IMG/VR virus record: IMGVR_UViG_3300014819_001231
Source of the DNA: an uncultured virus (IMG/VR IMGVR_UViG_3300014819_001231)
Taxonomy: Duplodnaviria > Heunggongvirae > Uroviricota > Caudoviricetes
Strand: one strand, 5' to 3'
Length of the DNA: 64,000 bases
The first letter of the stretch is position 1; each line of letters begins with the position of its first letter. Below the pieces are notes generated by a model. That model was not told the origin of the DNA, made no database searches, and saw only the letters and a list, made by a program, of their open reading frames with translations. Positions 44,501 to 50,022 of the stretch are shown here, piece by piece. A program made the position numbers and the translations under genes.

Positions 44501-45124
44501 AGCAGTTAAAACAACGGGGCTGCTAACATAATTGCTATAATTATTAAGCACTATTGGAGCTGTAGGAGAATATATCGTATCGGATAGAACGTAAATTTCG
44601 TCATAACCAGAAAGATTGTTAGGAAATTGAGCGGTAGTCCCATCAGAGAGTAATACATTGAAATTAAAGAATATTCTTTTGGCCCCCGAAGAATTACTAA
44701 GGGGCCACCCAGAAATAACTATATTCCCGCTTCCAGCTTTTTGGGTAAAAGTTAAATTATAAGTGCTGGGCAACGAAATGGCGCTTATATTCTGGCTTGT
44801 CAAATCAAANNNNNNNNNNGTTCCGCTGAAAGAACTTGGCAATAAAGTAAAAATTTCAACAAAATTCGGATCATTTGAAATTGATATTTTGTTAAAACCC
44901 ACTATGTTAGGCTGGGGCTGATCTGATCTTGGATCGTCATTGAAAAGTTGTAAAGAAAAAACTAATGCTACGGTGTTGTTATTGGCATTAAATGTTTGAT
45001 AGCTGTTGTTCAGCACTTGATTTTGACCCACTAAATTAATATTTTGTGGATTCAAAATTATTGAGTTTTTAACATATTTACTTAATAGTAACCCTTTTGG
45101 TGCTAAATATAAATTCCAAGCCAT
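32519..45124 (-). CDS. Giant (about 4200 aa) virion structural/adhesin protein with RCC1-like and GxGY beta repeats
   Basis: GYLHNLAI...VYAIGDNTYGQLG, LWSFGDNSYYCLG and VFAWGFNTSGQIG are RCC1-like. Many xxPGxGYTxxPxV repeats; VDGVYL...VLVAGQQDKTQNGVY. Spans a 10-N gap at 44810-44819, so the exact length is uncertain. Confidence 0.7.
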   Translation of the reverse strand: MAWNLYLAPKGLLLSKYVKNSIILNPQNINLVGQNQVLNNSYQTFNANNNTVALVFSLQLFNDDPRSDQPQPNIVGFNKISISNDPNFVEIFTLLPSSFSGXXXXFDLTSQNISAISLPSTYNLTFTQKAGSGNIVISGWPLSNSSGAKRIFFNFNVLLSDGTTAQFPNNLSGYDEIYVLSDTIYSPTAPIVLNNYSNYVSSPVVLTANTSSSSGLIGSTDLSITSYFWDNLLLISTSNSYRNNTSTNSYLFNTAPISNKDNNVPASYTISPSANIGNSASYADYISSNAFQLTASNNIYWSEIHYKLDTIPSYSAGAIYFLESNLVNSTTTGANKKFVRQQFVADISTQSLTIYTSIDDSTWSTNANYVPDINYVSQTIFNPELVSKIFQGGTIITLIEIIDTTNNIFQLKSLYKTDSESSYVVLNEQIFSSSLAISTNIYCELRCYVRNASTSITVEASQYGLAYGVISASVTPSEKISPQSALPYYYNFANQDSLNTWFKLYNSSSSGTISYNSQNDYSGNLLLYSNSSNPNNNNLTLIEAQSSIPTFSLENTFSVEFYTNAKGFSPVKIGWSVDSNTNFNDFTFSDSLIQVVGQTLPQSLSQYNIFAQLSWNNNAQYDLYCSDSTASDICSISNPLSTNLFYYTSKNPNATLAPPAVIKTRGNLTNSDTFSYYINTNGNPSANIISQEVTVNNVGRNTITVNAKSVNPGDSYTINAISQNIISPTSVAVTTTATTITNSINFLYDFSTIGTIQKFSINIQVVNPPDCPTSLPDFKYSIETSPDFITWTNYASSGSVATPYVTLSESFDVKTGRMLITFNLNAATNTRYAKLRIYGGAANANPTLDPTINSYNYYVPVPDSAGSTSNLISFTPNKSINMNGKLVFGLTDTSAKNASLGQYYNQPTLLRTLTGVSNIIAFALDFTNYSSANSGPVNINLITSSGDYTIHTIFDGFSPSIDATAVAKLTIVRSNIDDGFKLIPILSIKYGSIDLSFKVSQYQSDPGENASLAYGYYPFISLSGNGNVTILNSTNVTSNYNYLESSINSTYFNLYSAQNSDYSSSYGKNLLSQNVLNQSEFDFPLIGAYFAQNQVTNFSYNPPITAPLFNVTAAITSALSLYGLTYVDGVYLNHCDFVLVAGQQDKTQNGVYQVQYQQWLKYNLSSNENTIYVQQGNIFGDTLWLEDLITGEWIPNIIQVPLYLSSNALLTTGISTYLNYPQYIRVAISSLLTQNTNSADQVKIKLVNSPKGYITETDATTQWNSLLQNNYFSNLLDKSSSNNTVFSNFAISSSQIAGITTNLFPASYNLLISFSGNNNPLITQGSSFNLSNYGTDYRMFKNPGIIYQAFSTYDINYISVSNNKYLTSGVYAINEAGIKSPQSGFSSCYIVDNVAPTLGILSSISDTGKIVLLGLSTVLDSGSGLNLARIVQKNPINQIIYGSWFSMNNNSYYGIATFVAYPSYVSDNTGLVVGEPLSGFYRYSLQVADNIGNISQTNEVESFYIETALVDTQGPIANVSFVNKDYATPISITSSTSVVAQLNASDIVSGVKSFRYRILPEKTFSNWIDYDNYTNIYLPDGVADGIVSAEFQFKDFANNVLYNSNTNNQNIYTYTWNIVSKLLINCTFTVIERATYSNNPVLLIGASQNNSATLFVWNGVKLVQVIYSGFIYSNAITAMKNVNGNVIIGDNLGKTYLYVNGLITGPFAQFKIGGAPLPISKFEIHTFPVENTEYVYASTLNYPRLFRTLSSNLTAGIWQQISTQLIKLQSINVINSGLWSGNAISYSVSSTYVPSQLSPIYSYGIGSVIVTSAGSQYKTIPKISATNLSGAQFNVVLRGSLAQLQVFNPGIGYTSGATVQISAPPAGVGTAQATATVTTSLNSSIFSISLTNPGYGYTSFPTITVVGNSGFGSGAVIIPANSTNSINYDSIYSVSVSSAGIGTTSNISLTVTSTGSGSGATLTPSLIYRLAGMSIANPGFGYTGVPQLLINGLSTIANVTMGNGSIQSVNVYGTDQVFSLNSGFNYSLSGGFATSVIVSISTSSVSFSSNGITLSGTVINSINVTGNSYGIGTIPYITFSSSIFNPQISYVFSDDLLLSGPKGSIYDIKSFDNRLFLSNSINGIDFLDKTLTQFTLTNLPIAQNNNDLNHVTTYNLETYGRGLTTSLYFSSLSKPLVGVVNRSDASVIFGRFQNNTLLYSPKNFDILSDWQLVKNYNFGGISTVSLTGINSSLLSIYTTNGQTFYQSTKNNIWFNRCYNNSNYGITFIFEALSGTQAFEISNFSSILKVTFTVREENLLITFGNNTFTQVTTNIQSLYSLTIIKDNNSIYINDNKLNIVLASTSNFFTTGVQANPIIRFGYLYEPENVLTNGTSNLILGYAQTSSSQFIWHSLQIGFSTNIVSNSLNYNVNTSYVLPNSDSIRVLRNLDGYLYAVSKSIHDQRSTTILSDLSSKIFRFNGNVWSDVTGNFENNLIGISSIYTIVSPNDINSLSGSYFLSGILNKITSKKQPQASIIVGLSTGSTYEEQNINAVIIYPYNPNPAGTFIYLSSNSSVVNPPSSIYFGPQDVVKVIQIGLGSTSIATTANLIATDSASISTASFTINPITISGISLSTSSYVSYSNNVIVSTVTLVATPKTSRTYQLISSKNNLLGAPNAGIQTVLAGSISSTATLINGIATFASTQITVNAIYRGISTATITDNPFVLTSTLSSGLNSGIFTGNQYYGKVIYTGQLSAAPSGNFPINIISSAPTILGFPVGVVTVLPNTFSTSIPLTIGVAVTNSTSINITGIATGTISTASITALPLLIKSTTANTYNPVIGLQTSYITYTLNTTPASNVTIVNIISSPVSINMVYSGLTTVLSGNISTTFGLSTTVQASAIGLAITVQGAPFGFNTSPVPGLILSTEIWRISNFNISPITITGGANNSNGIAQSFIITANLNFSTSGLSTSITLSASSGVVGFNTTILSFNGSATSTGYATGFTTSIITGLAITAYGPNGYTSTFGGLTVTPFLINSFKINPVWPYLTSGISTLNLIGGIGATAVGTVVLSAYVATGIQTVLFSSVYPGLFIYNQSASYPVLGIGTVSANSNTASVSFGAGQTSAYISTSVTAILQSSPSGIGTTTINIDSIPTYSLVFNPFFSTSQTTFNITLNKILPISTSLGVAISNYNNTYTLPSNQLGAGYQFNIGSFKTDIVFTGFVTYLGSTQKYFISGFANSGGPFGMGYNYAGSLSKYNPNTGVPKNALKYYMGLPNVVKTASGYLHNLAINNLGYVYAIGDNTYGQLGKNNLGTQNTSTFVRVNFSYSARDIYAQNNSSYVITSDNSLWSFGDNSYYCLGTSIPVSGASTSVPYLMSTSVQLFSVFNYRGAVVTFNNQTGIQSLFEFGQYQTNIGLTSKTITQLTYNGSTRNISNLVISSIDVGPQHTVASGSWTDVALGASSSGVFAWGFNTSGQIGLATTTVYIPTPNILTKYNSSNNVVPIEFSNLIFADSQFSLVVAGNIPNNQGYVSGASISSSGIGYTAGAVVAFSTPPAGVNTALATGIAVTSGGYITSVSISSSGFGYTSGATVLFSAPATGIGTTTATGIAVTNNGQIVSVVLTNPGLGYTQTPTMTFYGNNGFGTLATGYASISYAQVTSIVITAPGFGYTQAPSVTISGNSNFGSLATGFAVISSNATNINSIYITGSTNAYNSAGLTASITTVAMANYFPQGLSIYGAPIYKIAKDSQHYVWTLGVGSVYVTGGVVPYLPSVSSGVKNNNSLYASGSYSGSAYLTYKDFGSLSGIAAILFSASFESSSLYGSVPQKAVQSFNQYSTYYPDYGGYMVVLGSQGVDIYYAQQNYSATAKSWIGFIQGAQDISVGGYDATYNSTTFPGTPATGWIYILDYSNSNNNWTVTLVEIQSAYNSKDSAYTPGEPLLYVASQFNTTNKPTFIDGSQIYGFVSSGWGISDQNNVPYLLNFAVGFNDGAVNLYGFRSNTGSNEIITSWNIGSSVSCLKSLYIDDQNRVLFVAGQNGDLYAYDAYGYTGNAPFWFTNLSAGQTLTNLAYTNIITQSGNQFGYINFIENYAEGAIIAATSTNYILVINIADLKIKAYVKVPATINSIMWGNSYNANNPPIGSSPDYIYVTTLSGLLAGTTFAYYFPVVNNYEIGLNYANSQGVAQLLTYNGSKTSTGMTNIFHSSTNDTMTLVLDSSRPRG
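44810..44819. other. Assembly gap (10 N)
   Basis: Run of N in the sequence. Confidence 0.99.
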
Positions 45125-45133
45125 TCAATTAAA

Positions 45134-45160
45134 TTTTACTGTTTTTTTTGAATTTATCCT
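45134..45160 (-). promoter_or_regulatory. Putative phage late promoter AGG-N19-TAAAA (representative of 11 copies)
   Basis: AGG at 45160-45158, 34 nt before the ATG of the 4201-aa gene. The same motif occurs at ten other gene starts. Confidence 0.6.
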
Positions 45161-46035
45161 TTAAATATTTCGCTAACTTGAATAAGTTCATGATTAGAAA
45201 TAAAAAGACAATTTGTCAAAATAGACGGCGAGGAAGATCTGAAATTAAACACTAAAGAATCGGCAACAAAATTTTCTATGAGAATTAAAAATTTTCCAGA
45301 AGATTCATATTTTTTTATATTAGATGTAGTAACGCTTTGGCAAAAAACATCTGCGCCAAATCCGAAAAAAATCAATTTATCTGACAAAATTGAAGATTTT
45401 GTGATTTGTATTTCTAATAAATTTTGATTATCGAAAGAATACCCTGAAGAATTAACATTAAAATCACCATCTAATAGATAAAAAGCCTTCCGCCATTTGT
45501 TAAATTTTTCAGATTTCCACAAAATATTTAGATTTTTGTTTTGTTCATTATTGGGGTTAAAAACTTGATGTACATCATCAATTAAAAATGTTTTTTGATT
45601 CAAAGTTTCTTTTTTATGAAGCGCATAAGTGGAGGGCTCTTCATGGCTGTGACATAAAACGGAATTTATGTAAAAAGAAGGTAGCTTTTCAAATTTAACA
45701 TTTATCATTTTTTGATCATAAAGATAATTTAATTTTTTAACAATTAATATATCATTTAATGCTTGTATTTTATCGCCTTTGATTAAAGAGTGTGCTTTCA
45801 CAAAATTTTGTTTTTCTACACTAAACAAATTAACAAAAAAAGTACAGATAAAAAATAATCCATTTTCAAACTCTATCTCAACACAATCTGATTGAAAACA
45901 AGTGGTGCCAACAACCTGACAATTTTCGATAAGATCCGAATCATTTAAAACAATAATTTTTTGTCCACTGACAGTATCTAGAACCGAATCACCATTTTCG
46001 GTGTGTATATAATGATTGAAATAAAATCCTTGCAT
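45154..46035 (-). CDS. Protein with N-terminal degenerate Hint domain
   Basis: GFYFNHYIHTENG...IEFENG..FICT...VKAHSLIKGDKI...SFYINSVLCHS. No Cys1 and no block-B His. Confidence 0.7.
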   Translation of the reverse strand: MQGFYFNHYIHTENGDSVLDTVSGQKIIVLNDSDLIENCQVVGTTCFQSDCVEIEFENGLFFICTFFVNLFSVEKQNFVKAHSLIKGDKIQALNDILIVKKLNYLYDQKMINVKFEKLPSFYINSVLCHSHEEPSTYALHKKETLNQKTFLIDDVHQVFNPNNEQNKNLNILWKSEKFNKWRKAFYLLDGDFNVNSSGYSFDNQNLLEIQITKSSILSDKLIFFGFGADVFCQSVTTSNIKKYESSGKFLILIENFVADSLVFNFRSSSPSILTNCLFISNHELIQVSEIFKG

Positions 46036-48311
46036 TATTTTAATCCTTCAATTAATGTAAACGAAACGGCGGATTTTACTGACGTCGATGCCATGGCTTT
46101 AAACACAGAATTGTTTAAAGAATTATTTTTGAACAATTCTGAAACATAATTTTCGGAATGACTAAAAATACCATTTGCAAAATAATTACCTAAATCCTCA
46201 AACTTCAATGCGTAAACTACTTTACTATTTATTTTTTTTACATTCTTTAATTCTTTAATGCCATTTTCGCACAATATATAATCTCCCTCGGTGAGCGCCC
46301 AAGCATGTAAAAATTTATATTGGGTAAATGAAAACACACAATGACTATCTGAGCATTGTAATGTGGTGTCATCAAATATTAACTCATAAACAATATCATT
46401 CAAAATACTAAATTTTTCATTGACTTTATAATTTTTTTTATTTAGGTCAGCATCTAAACCACATACTAAATCTCCCATGCATATCTGTTCCACTTGAACT
46501 TTTCCAGTAGGTGTAGAAATTAAACTTCCTTCTACTACGCAACTAGGTGTACTTTTCGAGCCAACCCACTCAGCATCCAATACTTTAAACGTACTTTCTT
46601 TTATTTGATTTCCAGAAGATTGAATATTTTTTGTAATAAAATTTGGCAACACATCTTGGCTATGACTCAATACCCCATTAGCAAAATAGCACCCACCATT
46701 GCTTAAGAATATACCCACAACCGGAGATGGTTTTAATATTTGAATTGATTTTATTGTCACCTCTTTGTCAATCAATTTTAATTTGTCTTCTGTGGTTAAT
46801 TGATAAACTTTTTTAAAATTTTTAATATTTTCCACATAAACACAATGTGATTCAGAGCAAATGAGTTCACTTTCTTCAAAAATTATTCTATATGTTGCTT
46901 CTCCTATGGAATAGGTAATTTTTTCTATTTCAAATGTGGAAAAAACATTATTTCCTATTATGCCAAAAACTTTATCTTTAATTTTCAAAGATTCCACTGG
47001 CACTTTTTGCATTTTATCTATATTAACAAGGGTGCCAAGGGCAACACAGCTACCTGATGAACTAGGTGATGGACTAGGTGAAGGACTAGGTGAAGGACTA
47101 GGTGATGGACTAGGTGATGGACTAGGTGATGGACTAGGTGATGGGCTAGGTGATGGGCTAGGTGATGGACTAGGTGATGGACTAGGCGATGGGCTAGGTG
47201 ATGGGCTAGGTGATGGGCTAGGTGATGGACTAGGTGAAGGACTAGGTGATGGGCTAGGTGATGGGCTAGGCGATGGACTAGGTGATGGACTAGGTGATGG
47301 GCTAGGCGCGATTTCTTTTACGCGAACAGCATAAAGACTAGCGCTTGAATCAGTGTAATAAATTGCATCGGTGGATATAATTACTTCTGATGTAGCTGAA
47401 GAATTGTATTTCCAATTAACTGTATAATTTTGCCCTGCATCGATGATGCAAATAATATTTCCAGAATCATTTATGAAAATTTGATTATTTGGATTATTTT
47501 TTGATATTGATGGTTTTACGTTATAAACATTGGTGAAAGGTTCCGAAGAAACCCAAATTGTTGCCCCTGTAAGTGGGTTTATTTTTGCCAGCCCACCTAT
47601 ACTTGCATATAGATAAAGGCCATTTGTAGAACCATCGAGTGCAATTGTGGGATTTAAACCAGAATTTAAATAAGTTTTAGACCATAAAACATCAAATCCA
47701 TTTACATTAACTGCAACAATTGTAGATGGACTGCTAATAATTGCATTTTGTATATTTGAGCATGAGATATACAAAGTATTAATATTATCGCAGATCATAT
47801 CATATGGAACAAGATTATTTCCTAGCGTAACACGATTAATAATAGTTCCATCAGATTGATAACTTGTTAAAACTAAATATTTATTTGTATTATCATAAAA
47901 TGCATTATAAATAATATCAGAGGAATCTATGCAAATTGGTGCAGGCATCTGATAATTTCCGGAAGCCCCGTTCCAAATTGTGCTCCCCGCATAACTTATT
48001 GAATTTAAGCCATATTGTGAATTATCTATAATTAAACTACCATCATAATATAGTGATGGTTTGTCCGAGCAATTTCCATTATTTTTTATCCATGATATTT
48101 GCATATTGTTAGTTAATAACAATATTTCATTTTTTGTGCCAAAATATAAATCATTATTCGTATTAAAGAAAAACAAACTATGTGGCGTAACAGAACCAGA
48201 ACCGACATTGTAATTAAAATTTTTAACAAGTGTTCCTTTTGTTACACTATCTTGGATGAAATATATTGTTGCATTTTGATTAGAGGAGCCTAAGTAAACA
48301 ATATTCCACAT
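46035..48311 (-). CDS. PQQ-like beta-propeller, (Pro-Ser)41 linker and two tandem Hint domains
   Basis: Propeller blades (LWSKT, INPLTGATIWV, WKYN...LYAV). Hint1 CVALGTLV...CSESHCV...YFANGVLSHS (47048-46659). Hint2 CVVEGSLI...CSDSHCV...YFANGIFSHS (46541-46155). Confidence 0.85.
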   Translation of the reverse strand: MWNIVYLGSSNQNATIYFIQDSVTKGTLVKNFNYNVGSGSVTPHSLFFFNTNNDLYFGTKNEILLLTNNMQISWIKNNGNCSDKPSLYYDGSLIIDNSQYGLNSISYAGSTIWNGASGNYQMPAPICIDSSDIIYNAFYDNTNKYLVLTSYQSDGTIINRVTLGNNLVPYDMICDNINTLYISCSNIQNAIISSPSTIVAVNVNGFDVLWSKTYLNSGLNPTIALDGSTNGLYLYASIGGLAKINPLTGATIWVSSEPFTNVYNVKPSISKNNPNNQIFINDSGNIICIIDAGQNYTVNWKYNSSATSEVIISTDAIYYTDSSASLYAVRVKEIAPSPSPSPSPSPSPSPSPSPSPSPSPSPSPSPSPSPSPSPSPSPSPSPSPSPSPSPSPSPSPSPSPSPSPSPSPSPSPSPSPSSSGSCVALGTLVNIDKMQKVPVESLKIKDKVFGIIGNNVFSTFEIEKITYSIGEATYRIIFEESELICSESHCVYVENIKNFKKVYQLTTEDKLKLIDKEVTIKSIQILKPSPVVGIFLSNGGCYFANGVLSHSQDVLPNFITKNIQSSGNQIKESTFKVLDAEWVGSKSTPSCVVEGSLISTPTGKVQVEQICMGDLVCGLDADLNKKNYKVNEKFSILNDIVYELIFDDTTLQCSDSHCVFSFTQYKFLHAWALTEGDYILCENGIKELKNVKKINSKVVYALKFEDLGNYFANGIFSHSENYVSELFKNNSLNNSVFKAMASTSVKSAVSFTLIEGLK
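47061..47306. repeat. 12-bp tandem repeat, about 20.5 copies, encoding (Pro-Ser)41
   Basis: Unit RCTAGGYGAWGG on the plus strand. Confidence 0.95.
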
Positions 48312-50022
48312 TCATATCAATAATGGGTGCGGTAGATTTGTTTTGGGTTGCGCTTGGTGTATATTTCCAAGACAAATATGGTTGTAAAATCCCCCCAGCC
48401 GTAGCAGGTTTATTTAAAGTGCCAGCACAATTTGTTTTGCCAGTATTCTGTAGATCATATCCATATTTAGGCCAACAGCTTTCTAAAAGCGGATATCCAG
48501 ACTGAGGCGAACAAGAAATGTTATAAATTTTGAAATCGTAAATTCTTATTTCGTCATATACAAAATAATTTACAGCTTTAGATAAATGCACTTCAAATGA
48601 ATTCAGAACAACATCCGTGGCTAATCCAGGTATTATTCTAGAAAATTGAAAATAACATTGGATAAAATAATTCGCGCCAACATTTATTATTTTTGAATTT
48701 GTGTTATCTAAGCACAAAGTGAAAATATAAGGTTCATCAATATTTACAAAATAATAATAAAATTGCACGGTGTAGGTATTCAGATTGATGTTTGAATTAG
48801 ATAAGTCGCTATAAGAAATAAAACACAGAGAACAATATTGCCAGTTTAACCAAGCAAAATTATTCAATGAACCTATGGGATAACCTGCCATAATGCTGAT
48901 CAACCATTGATTATTGACTAGCGGTAGTCCATTAACCCCTGAATATGTCGCGGCCACATAAGTGGTTGTTTCAGGTATTTCAAAATCATATAAATTATTA
49001 ACTGTACCTACGTAAGAAGCAGGCGGGCTTCCTAATAAACTTGACCAATATGGGATAAGCGTGGAATATTTTTGCGTGATATAAATGTAACAACAAACCC
49101 CACTTGATTGTGAATTAATGCTATTGATTGTTGCACTTGAAGATGAAGGATATGGAGAAATAGGCCCGCCCGAGATATTGAAACTAAAATTGTATTTTTT
49201 GTTTAAAGTAAAACTTGACAATTTTACCATAAAAAATTTAGTCCCATTTTTTATTCCATTCAGCGTATCATCCGTTATTTTAATTGGGCAATAATAAATT
49301 GAACCTAAATCATTATCACCAATCTTATAAATGTTAAATTTTGTGCTTGATCCAAGAAGGCCATTAAAATATTGGTAAATATATAAATTGTAAATATTAC
49401 TTTCTATTAAAAGGTTTTTTTCATATAAATCTTTCGGATCTATTATGATTTCAGCGAAAAATGATGTTACATTATCTAAATCGTTTGTATTGATTATTTG
49501 CAAGTCATTAACTGATTCAAATCTATTAGAAAAAATAGATGTTTGGGGATCAAAATTTTCATAAAAAGTGATTGAAAAACTGGGCGAAACATTATTATAA
49601 ATTGGCACTCCCTGTGGCACAGTGGGCGCATTTAAAGAAATAAAATTTGTATTTTTCGAGTTATCGTTTAGTTTTATTGAAAAAACTTTTTCATTTAGCA
49701 CTGAAATAATCAAATTTTGATTATTGATCAGAGTGGCACCGGGGCAATAAATTGTGTAAATTGTGTTATTATTTTCATAATAGAATTCATTTTGGTTTAT
49801 TTTTTTAATAGAATCAAACTTTAATCCCAAAATGTCAAAACTATCTGACATAAATTTTATTTCTAGATAGTTATTATTAATGATAGCAGATCCAGTAATG
49901 TTATTAATTTTGATGACATTATCTTGATATAAAGCATTAGCAACAGAACACAATTTTTGATTATTGTGATATATTAAAATGCCATTTTCTGAATTCTCTA
50001 TTTTAATCATAATGTCATTCAA
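48280..50022 (-). CDS. Virion-associated protein; C-terminus is the start of a PQQ-like propeller
   Basis: 580 aa. Ends WPKYGYDLQNTG...WKY...TAPIIDMN and overlaps the next ORF by 32 nt. Confidence 0.65.
   Translation of the reverse strand: MNDIMIKIENSENGILIYHNNQKLCSVANALYQDNVIKINNITGSAIINNNYLEIKFMSDSFDILGLKFDSIKKINQNEFYYENNNTIYTIYCPGATLINNQNLIISVLNEKVFSIKLNDNSKNTNFISLNAPTVPQGVPIYNNVSPSFSITFYENFDPQTSIFSNRFESVNDLQIINTNDLDNVTSFFAEIIIDPKDLYEKNLLIESNIYNLYIYQYFNGLLGSSTKFNIYKIGDNDLGSIYYCPIKITDDTLNGIKNGTKFFMVKLSSFTLNKKYNFSFNISGGPISPYPSSSSATINSINSQSSGVCCYIYITQKYSTLIPYWSSLLGSPPASYVGTVNNLYDFEIPETTTYVAATYSGVNGLPLVNNQWLISIMAGYPIGSLNNFAWLNWQYCSLCFISYSDLSNSNINLNTYTVQFYYYFVNIDEPYIFTLCLDNTNSKIINVGANYFIQCYFQFSRIIPGLATDVVLNSFEVHLSKAVNYFVYDEIRIYDFKIYNISCSPQSGYPLLESCWPKYGYDLQNTGKTNCAGTLNKPATAGGILQPYLSWKYTPSATQNKSTAPIIDMNVEYCLLRLL

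Noticed and set aside
47061..47306. Possible CRISPR array
   Set aside because: Contiguous 12-bp units with no spacers, in frame within a CDS, and no cas genes in the window.
46936..47334. Plus-strand ORF with (GDGL)n repeats
   Set aside because: Antisense shadow of the Pro-Ser repeat; the minus-strand gene has coherent domains.
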